IMG/VR virus record: IMGVR_UViG_2890725172_000001
Location: 46,448 to 110,447 of that record
Length of the DNA: 64,000 bases
Direction: 5' to 3' (one strand)
From: a virus
Taxonomy: Duplodnaviria > Caudoviricetes
The stretch's first letter is position 1. Every line of letters starts with the position of its first letter. Below, piece after piece: positions 25,284-33,474 of the stretch. A model generated the notes under the pieces. That model was not told the origin of the DNA. It made no database searches and saw only the letters and a list, made by a program, of their open reading frames with translations. A program made the position numbers and the translations under genes.

Positions 25284-25745
25284 TCACAGCCCCCTGATGC
25301 TATAGGTGTAGTCGCGGTCCATGCACGCGTCGATGTCTTGCCGCGTGATGGCCCCTTCTTGGAGAGCGACCCAGAGCTCGTCGGGGTCGATGACCTCGAC
25401 CTCTCTGGTCTTCACTATTCGGTTGGTCAGACCCTTCCGCCGGGCCAGCCTCAGGACGTCCGCTTCGTTCAGCCGCGTACTTACGCTGCGTGATCGACGG
25501 TAGCCAGAAGGTGCGCCGGGCAGGTTTGACAACTCCTCCGGAAGTACAACTCGCTGCCCACCCTTGCTGTCTCGCGTACCCTCCCGGAGGGCGATCTCGT
25601 GCAGCTCCTCGACCACCTTCGCGCGGCGTTTTGTGTCGCGGGCGAGCCGGTCGTCGAGGAGTTTCTTCTCCGTTAGGAGGGCGAGAATACGCTGGTGAGA
25701 GGTATCAACGCGCGCCAAAGGCGTGCGTGTCAGAACGCGGGGCAT
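25284..25745 (-). CDS. hypothetical protein (coiled-coil N-terminus)
   Basis: 153-aa ORF at the head of an operon. Confidence 0.7.
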   Translation of the reverse strand: MPRVLTRTPLARVDTSHQRILALLTEKKLLDDRLARDTKRRAKVVEELHEIALREGTRDSKGGQRVVLPEELSNLPGAPSGYRRSRSVSTRLNEADVLRLARRKGLTNRIVKTREVEVIDPDELWVALQEGAITRQDIDACMDRDYTYSIRGL

Positions 25746-25864
25746 GTGGGGGTGGATCTTCCGGAAGTAGGTACCGGATCGGTAACGCCGACCCTACCCC
25801 AGTTTAGGGCGGTGGTATCGGGCGCACCTAGGGCAACATCGGTAACAATCGGGCGCACGCCGTA

Positions 25865-27463
25865 TCAACTACTCTCTGTGAGAGCGCCTCTGACGTGCGC
25901 GGATAGGCTGATTACGTCGTTGTCGAGGCCTCCGGAGGTATCGATACCTTCGCCGTCGATCGATGCATCGGCTACACGAGTTTTAAAACTCAGGGCGTCG
26001 AAGGCCCTCTCCTCGATCGTCCCGGGGGTGACGAGGTCGATCACAGCCACCTGATCGTGCTTGGACGACGCCCGTACGTGACGGGCTGAGATCTGGACAT
26101 ACTGCCCGTGCGATCTTGGGGCGTCGTAGTGGATCAGGTGTGTCGCCTCGGGCAGGTCGAGGCCGTAGGCGCCCGCGTGGCTCATCAGCAGCAGGCGGCA
26201 GTCCGGGTCGAACTTGAACTCGTCGATGAGCTGCTGGCGCTTGGCCAGCGACGTGATCTCGCCGGAGTAGATGACCGACCGGTGCGAGGGGAAGGCCCCG
26301 GCAATCAGGTCCAGCATGTGGACATACCTGGACACGATGATGATTTTGTGCTCAGGCATGTCCAGTAGCGGGATGACCCGGCGCCGGAGCTCGTCGAGCT
26401 TGGGCTGCATGTGAAGGTCGGTTACCGGCGCCAACCGGCCGCTGGCGACGATCTTGAGGGCGTAGGCGTTGGTGCCGCGCTCGGCCGCCCGGACCACCAG
26501 CAGAGGGTGGCAGAGCAGCATGCTGATCGTGGTATGGATCGCCTGCACCTTTCCGGCCCCGACCGCGTCCGACTCGCCGCCGTAGTAGGCCTCCGGGTCG
26601 AAATCGCCTGGGTCGGCGAGGTTGTTCAGCTCGGCGGCAAGGTCATGGAGGACGTCCTCGTAGACCGTGCGCAGGGCGGGGGTTATGGGGGCCAGCCAGC
26701 GTTCGTGGACAACGGAGGGCATGTACGGGGCCACGTCCGGGTCTGACTGGCGTTTGCGGTAGGAGATCTCCAGCCACTTGCGCCGGAACGTCGCCAGGTT
26801 CACGTACCGCAGGACCCTGCCCCAGCGGTTGCGGCGGACGAAGCTGTCTTCGAAGTCCCGGTAAGTGCCGAAATGACCGGGGGCGACCCACTCGCTGATG
26901 GCCAGCGCTTCTTCGAGCCGGTTTTCCACGGGGGTTCCTGTCAGGCCGATCCGGTAGGGCGTCTGAAGCCTGCGTAAGGCCTTGGCGCGCTTGGACTTCC
27001 AGCCCTTGAGCACGCTCACCTCGTCGATGATCAGCAAGGCGTCGGGGATGCCTTTCTTGATCTTCCGGGCGTTGCTGGCCACGAAGTCGTGGGTGGCCAG
27101 GATGTAGTCGGTCTGGTTGGTGATGGCCTCGTCCAGCAGCCGGGCCTTGACCGTGGGCGAGCCGTCGATGATGACGCCCCACTCCTTGTCAGGCCACAGG
27201 GTCCTCTTGCCATCGCGGCTGACGCGGACGCTGCATGAGACGTCGGTGGTCTCGGCGATGGCCTGACCCCACTGGGTGAGCAGGGCCTTGGGGACGGCGA
27301 TGATGACGGTGGTGACCAGGCCCTCGGCCAGCAGGTATTCGGCGCACGCCAGTGCGGTGACGGTCTTGCCGACTCCCATCTCCATGGTGAGCAGCAGTCG
27401 GCCGTGGGCGGTGAACTGTGCGAGTGCGGGGGTTTGGTAGTCGCGTAGATCAACAGTGAGCAA
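25865..27463 (-). CDS. SNF2-family helicase
   Basis: LRDYQ, EMGVGKT, IIDEV, LTGTPVEN, AGAYGLDL, Q..ARHVR, TIEE. Confidence 0.9.
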   Translation of the reverse strand: MLTVDLRDYQTPALAQFTAHGRLLLTMEMGVGKTVTALACAEYLLAEGLVTTVIIAVPKALLTQWGQAIAETTDVSCSVRVSRDGKRTLWPDKEWGVIIDGSPTVKARLLDEAITNQTDYILATHDFVASNARKIKKGIPDALLIIDEVSVLKGWKSKRAKALRRLQTPYRIGLTGTPVENRLEEALAISEWVAPGHFGTYRDFEDSFVRRNRWGRVLRYVNLATFRRKWLEISYRKRQSDPDVAPYMPSVVHERWLAPITPALRTVYEDVLHDLAAELNNLADPGDFDPEAYYGGESDAVGAGKVQAIHTTISMLLCHPLLVVRAAERGTNAYALKIVASGRLAPVTDLHMQPKLDELRRRVIPLLDMPEHKIIIVSRYVHMLDLIAGAFPSHRSVIYSGEITSLAKRQQLIDEFKFDPDCRLLLMSHAGAYGLDLPEATHLIHYDAPRSHGQYVQISARHVRASSKHDQVAVIDLVTPGTIEERAFDALSFKTRVADASIDGEGIDTSGGLDNDVISLSAHVRGALTESS

Positions 27464-27466
27464 GGG

Positions 27467-28477
27467 TCATCGGATCAGGTAGGAGGGGATGGCCTCGGTG
27501 ATGAGCTCTGCGAGCTCGTCGAGGGGGAACAGGTAGCCGGTGCCTCGGTGGGTGTAGCCTCCGGGGTCGGTACCTCTGGGCAGGCCGCTCCAGGTCACGG
27601 TGCGGATCAGCGGGACGCGTCCGCGCAGGCCTCGGATGAGGGAGCTGGTCGCCTGCCATCCGGCTTCGTCGTTGTCGAGCATGGTGATCACCTCGCCGGT
27701 GGCACGGTCGGCGATCAGGTCGATGTGGGTGTCGGAGATCTTGCTGCCCCAGGTGGCCACCGCGCCGGGGGCGACCTCACCGACGATCGCGGCGTCGAGC
27801 GGCGATTCGACGACCACCAGCGGTCCCGGTGGCGGCGGCAGGTGGACGCCGAAAAGGGTCTCGTTCCTCTTGGCCAATCCCTTGGGGTAGTTGCGGACCC
27901 GGGAGCCTCGCTTCTCCTGCCAGCCGATCAAGGCCGTGGAATCGGGGTCCCACATAGGCAGCACCCAGGAGTCGGTGGCCGGGTCCCACATGACGCGGTA
28001 GTCGGCGGCGATGTCGGGGTTGATGCCCCGGCGTCTCAGCTCCCGCTCCGGCGCAGCTGTACACAGCGCCAGCGACGCCCGGGAGATCGGCCGAAGGACC
28101 GGCTCCTTGGGGAGACCGGCCCGCTCCAGCATGCGGATGGTGGCGCCGATGGTGCCCTGGGCGCGGACCCACGCGGTGGCCATGTCGAGGTCGACGGCCA
28201 GCATGTCCCGCGCCAGGTGAACGAACGCTCCGGCGTAGCCGCAACTCCAGCACAGGAACAGGCCGGTGTCGGAGTTGATGGAGAAGCTCGGGTTGCGGTC
28301 GGGCTTGTTGAGCCGGGCCTCATGCGCGGGGCAGCGGCAGGTGATCTCGTCGCCGTCCTCGCGGATGATCTCCAGGCCGAGTTTCTCGACCGCCGAGAGC
28401 ACGTCGCCGGGGACCACGAGAGGCTCATCGCGCAGGCGGCGGGCCTCGCTTCCCCGGCCGCACATGATGATCGACAT
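27467..28477 (-). CDS. DNA primase (CHC2 Zn finger plus TOPRIM)
   Basis: CPAH..D.NPSFS..CWSCG; VVESPLDA; LDNDEAG; DPG. Confidence 0.9.
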   Translation of the reverse strand: MSIIMCGRGSEARRLRDEPLVVPGDVLSAVEKLGLEIIREDGDEITCRCPAHEARLNKPDRNPSFSINSDTGLFLCWSCGYAGAFVHLARDMLAVDLDMATAWVRAQGTIGATIRMLERAGLPKEPVLRPISRASLALCTAAPERELRRRGINPDIAADYRVMWDPATDSWVLPMWDPDSTALIGWQEKRGSRVRNYPKGLAKRNETLFGVHLPPPPGPLVVVESPLDAAIVGEVAPGAVATWGSKISDTHIDLIADRATGEVITMLDNDEAGWQATSSLIRGLRGRVPLIRTVTWSGLPRGTDPGGYTHRGTGYLFPLDELAELITEAIPSYLIR

Positions 28478-29745
28478 CAGAACATGTCCACGTCATCGTC
28501 GTCGTCACCGAGGTCGTCGGTGTCGCCGAACGGGTCGTAGGCGAGCTCGGTCATGGTGCCGTGGTCCCAGTCGCGCCGAATCCAGAATTCGAACGGTGCG
28601 ACGGTCCGGCCGACCAGAGACTTCATCTTGGTGATGTCGTGGTCGCTGGTCGGCTGGGCAGCGATGATCAAGTCGGCGTCCTCTGCGAAGGACGGCCCGT
28701 AGCCGATGGACGCGGCGGTGATCTCGCCACCGTGGATCTTGGAGAGCCGGACCTGCGTGCTGATGATGATCGGGATGCCCAGCGACTTGGCAGCCCTCTT
28801 CAGGCCTCGCGTGATGTTGGCGATGGCCTTCCAATCGCCGGGCTTCTCCCCATGGTCGTCGCTCATCAGGTAAACGCCGTCGATGAACAGGATGTCGGGC
28901 TTGAGCCGCTGCGCCTTGGCGACGATCTGACTGACCGTCGAGGCCGAGGACGCGTCCTCGGTGAGCCAGTAGGACGGCCGGAGCTCCATGGATCGGAGCC
29001 GTTTCTCGACGCGGTCGAGGTCGGCCTTGGTGAGGGTGCCGTCGCGCAGGCCGTTGGGGGAGACCTTGGATTCGAGGGCGTCGAGCCGTTCTTCCATCTC
29101 GCGGGCGGTCATCTCGAATGTCACAAACATCGGACGTTTCGGGGCTGACCAGGCTGCGAGCGAGGAGAGCAGGAGGTAGGTGGATTTGCCCGCCTTGGGC
29201 GGGCCGACCAAGGCCACCAGCCATCCGGGACGCCAGCCGCCGGTCAGCTGGTCGACGGCGTCGAATCCGGTCGGGATGCCGTGCATCCGCAGTTCCTGAC
29301 CGGCGCGCTCCCGGTAGGCGGCGGCGCGCTTGAGCGCCGTGGTGGTGATGTCGACGTCGACCGTCGAGGGGACTTCGGCCTCAAGCTCGGCCAGCGCGGC
29401 GGCCAGCTCCCTGGCCGTGGCCTCCGGGTCGCCGGTGGTGAACCTCTGAGTGGCGCGGCCGAGGGCCGCCTCCAAGATCGACATCTTGCGCTGTTCACGC
29501 AGCTTGTCCAGGACGTAGTCGAGGGGTTCAGGCTGCTTGGCGAGCTTGTAGGTCGGGAATTCGGCCTTGAGGGCTTCGGTGGTGGGGGCTTTGCCGTGGC
29601 GGATCTGGAACTCGGTGAGGAACTGCCACACCTGGAGTGCCTTGGGGTCGGCGAGCCACTCGCTGGTGACTCCGGCGTCGAGGGCCTGGGAGAGGTCGCC
29701 GCCGGTGACGATCTGGGTGATCAGGTGGCGGGGAAGGTCCATCAC
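28477..29745 (-). CDS. dnaB: DnaB-like replicative helicase
   Basis: GIPTGF..D..TGG, GPPKAGKS, FEM, FIDGVYLM, EDAD. Confidence 0.92.
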   Translation of the reverse strand: MMDLPRHLITQIVTGGDLSQALDAGVTSEWLADPKALQVWQFLTEFQIRHGKAPTTEALKAEFPTYKLAKQPEPLDYVLDKLREQRKMSILEAALGRATQRFTTGDPEATARELAAALAELEAEVPSTVDVDITTTALKRAAAYRERAGQELRMHGIPTGFDAVDQLTGGWRPGWLVALVGPPKAGKSTYLLLSSLAAWSAPKRPMFVTFEMTAREMEERLDALESKVSPNGLRDGTLTKADLDRVEKRLRSMELRPSYWLTEDASSASTVSQIVAKAQRLKPDILFIDGVYLMSDDHGEKPGDWKAIANITRGLKRAAKSLGIPIIISTQVRLSKIHGGEITAASIGYGPSFAEDADLIIAAQPTSDHDITKMKSLVGRTVAPFEFWIRRDWDHGTMTELAYDPFGDTDDLGDDDDDVDMF

Positions 29746-29787
29746 ACCGCCCTGAGGGCGCGCAGCAAACGCTCTCTCGCGCGCTGA

Positions 29788-30486
29788 CTACGCCGCACGG
29801 GCCTCTGCCCGGAAGTCGATCCCCGCCACGATGTACTCAGGGAAGGCCTGCTTGGCGAAGCTCGGGAGTGACAGTTCGTAGCGGTGCCAGTCGGTCTGGG
29901 GGTGGTTGGATGTGATGATGGTCGGCCGGGCCCTGTGGAACCGGCGGCGGAACAACTGCGTGAGCAGGTTCTGGGAGTAGCCTCGCGGGCCGGTGTACTC
30001 CTGGCCGAGGTCATCGACCACCAGGAGGCTGACGCGGCCGACCCGGATCCGCTCATTGAGCAGGGACTGGTACAGCTCCGGGTTGGCCTCCCGCTTGTCG
30101 CGGTCGGACTCCAGGTCGAGCAGCTTGTGGGCGTGGGAGACGTAGTCGGCTGCCCGAAGGAAGTGAATGCTCGCGCCGTGGATACGGTGCGCGGTGGTGA
30201 GTGCGCTGACCGCCAGCTGGGTCTTGCCGGTCCCAGGAGGGCCGCACAGGCTCACGCCGACGCCCACGAGGGATCTCTGCCGCCGCGTTGGGTTTTCGGG
30301 CGTCTTACGCCGTTCTGGGAGCTCTCCGACCAGATCGTGGACGGCGTTCCAGGCGACGTCGGTCCGCGTGTTGTAGGGGACCCATTCGCCGAGCTCCACT
30401 CCGTACAGGGCCTGGGGGATGTTGGCGGTCTCCCAGCGGAGGCGGTAGTCGATCTCTGTCTCGACCGGCAGGGTGATTCGATTCAT
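29788..30486 (-). CDS. DnaC/IstB-like helicase loader ATPase
   Basis: GPPGTGKTQLA, LLVVDDLGQE, R....PTIITSN. Confidence 0.88.
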   Translation of the reverse strand: MNRITLPVETEIDYRLRWETANIPQALYGVELGEWVPYNTRTDVAWNAVHDLVGELPERRKTPENPTRRQRSLVGVGVSLCGPPGTGKTQLAVSALTTAHRIHGASIHFLRAADYVSHAHKLLDLESDRDKREANPELYQSLLNERIRVGRVSLLVVDDLGQEYTGPRGYSQNLLTQLFRRRFHRARPTIITSNHPQTDWHRYELSLPSFAKQAFPEYIVAGIDFRAEARAA

Positions 30487-31472
30487 GTGTTTTTGTCCTG
30501 ATTTGATGCTTTGTCGTAGAGGGTGAGATCCTCGGCTGTGACACCCCATCGATCGAGGGCTGCCTGGCTGAAGGGGTCTTCGCGGGAGACCAGCGCCTTG
30601 GAGGCCAGCTGCATCAGCGGGGCACGCCGGTAGATGAAGTCCACCCAGGGAACGAAGCCGGGCCTGGGGCCTTCCTTCACGTAGGCGTTGATCATGGCTT
30701 TGATCTGCGCGGCGGTGAGGGGGTGCTCTCCAGACATCCACGAGCGCAACTTCTTCACCATGGCGGTGAACACGATTGCGTCGGGGACCTTCAGGGCTTC
30801 GCGGCCAGCCGGGGTGAGCAGGAGCTGCTCTTTGAAGTAGAAGACCAGATGCCCGGCGTCGTTCTGCGGGGCCGGAGTCGGCTCAGGATCTTCACGGAAG
30901 GCGTCGGCGGCATCAAGGCCGTCATCGTCGTTCTTCCGCTGTGTTGACGATCGGCGGGCCTGAGTTCTGGGGGTGGTTCTTGCCGAGTTCTTTTCAGCCG
31001 CCGGAGGCGCGCTGAAAAATTGGTTAGAAGGTAGTTGGTTATATGTATTTGGTTCGGGCGACATTTTGTCCCCCTCATCCCGGACAAATTGTCCCCCCTC
31101 TTCCGGACAATTTGTCCTGGGGGGGCGACAATTTGTCTGGACGACATCCTCGCCCGTCTCCTGATCGAAGATCAGCTTCCACTCCTCCCGGGGGAGGATT
31201 CGCCGGGAGACGGAGGGGTACTTGCGGGTGCGCTCTGGCACCTCGTCCTCCGGGACCGTCTCGATGATGTTGAGTCCTTCGAGCGCCTTGATGGCCCGCT
31301 GGACGCTCTTCTCAGACGATCGAGTGTCTCTGGACATCCGATGATTCGACAGGCAGACGATGCGGTCGTCATGGTTGGCGCTGTCGGCCAGGTCGCGCAG
31401 GAGTAGGAGGGTGACGGCGGTCAGGGCCGCAGGCGCGTAGCGGCGCACCTCGGCTTCGATCTCTCTGGCCAT
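30483..31472 (-). CDS. replication initiator (N-terminal winged HTH, lambda O-like organisation)
   Basis: LLRDLAD.AN....S...S.KSVQRAIKALE HTH; iterons inside the gene; upstream of loader and DnaB. Confidence 0.75.
   Translation of the reverse strand: MAREIEAEVRRYAPAALTAVTLLLLRDLADSANHDDRIVCLSNHRMSRDTRSSEKSVQRAIKALEGLNIIETVPEDEVPERTRKYPSVSRRILPREEWKLIFDQETGEDVVQTNCRPPRTNCPEEGGQFVRDEGDKMSPEPNTYNQLPSNQFFSAPPAAEKNSARTTPRTQARRSSTQRKNDDDGLDAADAFREDPEPTPAPQNDAGHLVFYFKEQLLLTPAGREALKVPDAIVFTAMVKKLRSWMSGEHPLTAAQIKAMINAYVKEGPRPGFVPWVDFIYRRAPLMQLASKALVSREDPFSQAALDRWGVTAEDLTLYDKASNQDKNT
31016..31137. repeat. putative replication origin: four GACA(A/T)(A/T)TTGTC iterons plus AT-rich tract
   Basis: Copies at 31060, 31083, 31106 and 31127; AT-rich 31016-31054. 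Confidence 0.8.
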
Positions 31473-31585
31473 TGAGCTCCGTGATGGGTTGTTGAACTAG
31501 TTAAGGAACTGCTAGCGTTCATCGCGCATCACCCAAACGCGACAAGTCATCTTGGCCGCGTCCCCGAGGGTCGGATGCATGCTGG

Positions 31586-31642
31586 AGATGTGCCCCGGAG
31601 ATCGTTAACCGTCGTCGCGTTCACTCCGGGGCACATCTTTTT
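31586..31642. terminator. 15-bp inverted repeat / terminator
   Basis: AGATGTGCCCCGGAG...CTCCGGGGCACATCT followed by TTTT. Confidence 0.7.
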
Positions 31643-31649
31643 CCCCAGG

Positions 31650-32768
31650 TCAGGACGCCAGAAGGTGCTCGGCCTGCTCCTTGGGGACGATCTTCCGCGT
31701 CAGCCCACGGCCGGGCTTGCCCTTCCCCGCGAGCTTCACGATCTCACCGAGTTCATTGACTAGTACGGAAACCTCTCCAGCCTTCGCGCGGGTGCGGCCG
31801 ACCGGCTTGGGGGGCTCGGTCTCGGCGCTGGCGGATTCGATGGTGAGCTGCTCCGGCTCCGGCTCCGGCGTCACCTTCTCCCGCCACTCCTGCGCGATGT
31901 CGCGGAGGTCCACCACGTCGCGGTAGTGACCGAGCCAGTGGGTCAGCGGGCGCAGACGAGTCGGCTGGCCATGCGCGGAAGCGTTGGCGATGTCGGTGTG
32001 CAGGAAGTGGTCGTGGGCCAGTCGGAGCACTTCTGCCAGCTTGGGGATCTCGTCGGGTTCCCGCGTGGTGATGACGGCGGCGGGCAGGGCCTGGGCCTCG
32101 TCGGCGACCGGCTCGGCGGGCATGTCAGGGAGTGTCTGCTGAACGGCTTTTCCCGCCGGGTGTCTGTCCATGGCCTCGGCCAGGGCGGCGTCACGAGCCT
32201 CTTTGGTGATCTCTTCGGCGACGTTGATCTCCTCTTCGGGAGCGTCCTCCAAGTCGAAGACCAGCTCGTCGAGGCCGAGGGCGGCCAGTTCCAGGATCGT
32301 GATCCCAGCCTCCTGGGCGGCCAGCAGGAGGTCCTCGGTGTTGTCGTCCGGGGCCTCGTCGTCGGCGCCGAACGCCAGGATCACGTACGGAGTTCTTCCG
32401 TAGGTCTCCTGGTCCTCCTGGAGCAGGGCGATGAGGTTGTCGGTCATTCCGGCCTTGTCGGAGGTGATGCCCTCCTTGGCGCCCGCGATGAGCTGCTTGA
32501 CCTTGCGGCTCTGGGTGGTGTGATCGGTGACGACGGAGTAGCCGGGGCCCTCGCTGCCGAGGTCGACGAGCAGATCGGCGGTGTACAGGACGGCCTTGGT
32601 GACCCAGTCGTCGGCGGCGGGCAGGTAGACCCAGGCGTCGGCCGGGTTGTCGGTGTTGACGCGCAGCCAGTCTTCGAGAAGGTCGTTCACCAGGTCGGTG
32701 CTGACAGCAGCGCCTCCGGCGACGACGACAGAGATCGGACCGGAGGCGGGCATAGCTGAAGAAGACAC
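31650..32768 (-). CDS. acidic hypothetical protein
   Basis: 372-aa ORF, GGAG RBS. Confidence 0.75.
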   Translation of the reverse strand: MSSSAMPASGPISVVVAGGAAVSTDLVNDLLEDWLRVNTDNPADAWVYLPAADDWVTKAVLYTADLLVDLGSEGPGYSVVTDHTTQSRKVKQLIAGAKEGITSDKAGMTDNLIALLQEDQETYGRTPYVILAFGADDEAPDDNTEDLLLAAQEAGITILELAALGLDELVFDLEDAPEEEINVAEEITKEARDAALAEAMDRHPAGKAVQQTLPDMPAEPVADEAQALPAAVITTREPDEIPKLAEVLRLAHDHFLHTDIANASAHGQPTRLRPLTHWLGHYRDVVDLRDIAQEWREKVTPEPEPEQLTIESASAETEPPKPVGRTRAKAGEVSVLVNELGEIVKLAGKGKPGRGLTRKIVPKEQAEHLLAS

Positions 32769-32872
32769 AGTTGCTCCAGGGGAGGATGAGGTCGGTAACT
32801 GGTATTTAACCGACCCGAAAGCCTCGCTCCTAGGAGAGGTATCGATACTTGCTTAACTAGTTGAGGAACTCG

Positions 32873-33139
32873 TCACGGCCGTGAGGTGAGCGAGATGATG
32901 AGCGCGCGGATCAGTGTCGCGGCTCCGCCGATCCCCAGGGCCAGCACCACCCAGTCGAGCGAGGCCCACGCCAGCAGCGCCGCGCTCGCAGAGCACAGGG
33001 CTGGCCGGAGCCAGTCGGGGGTCCGGCGGCCGAGCGGCGACATGGCCCACATCTCGTACATCACGTAGGAACCGAAGACGAGCAGGACCACGTCGGCCAG
33101 GACGCCGTACGGGTGCAGGAGTCCCAGGAGATTCGGCAC
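32873..33139 (-). CDS. membrane protein (holin accessory?)
   Basis: Several hydrophobic helices. Confidence 0.6.
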   Translation of the reverse strand: MPNLLGLLHPYGVLADVVLLVFGSYVMYEMWAMSPLGRRTPDWLRPALCSASAALLAWASLDWVVLALGIGGAATLIRALIISLTSRP

Positions 33140-33145
33140 GTCAGG

Positions 33146-33454
33146 TTAGTCCTTGACCAGCGTGTTCTTGACCGCCGTGGAGATGCCGGTGGGCTTGAGG
33201 AAGCCGAGATGGACGCCGACACCGGTCAGCGCGACCAGCAGCCAGGTCAGCAGCGCGGCGGTGAGATCGAAGGACGTGTTGAGGTCGAACGACCCCTTGA
33301 GTTCGGTGAGAAAGCCGGTCGCTCCGGACAGCACGGCCAGAACAAAGGCTCGGAATCCCGCGCCCCAGGACTGTTTGGTGACGAGGCCAGTAAGGATGGG
33401 AAGAACGGTTCCAATGGCAATCGCCAAAGCCATTGAGGCGTGAAGGGTAACCAC
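33146..33454 (-). CDS. putative holin
   Basis: Three TM segments, GTVLPILTGLVTK...H.GFLKPTG pattern of actinophage holins; follows the tail genes. Confidence 0.65.
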   Translation of the reverse strand: MVTLHASMALAIAIGTVLPILTGLVTKQSWGAGFRAFVLAVLSGATGFLTELKGSFDLNTSFDLTAALLTWLLVALTGVGVHLGFLKPTGISTAVKNTLVKD

Positions 33455-33474
33455 AACGAGACTCCTATACGGGG

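Noticed and set aside
17385-29745. Inteins or introns in RecA, RNR, PolA or DnaB
   Set aside because: Protein lengths are normal and no intein splice-junction or homing-endonuclease motifs are visible
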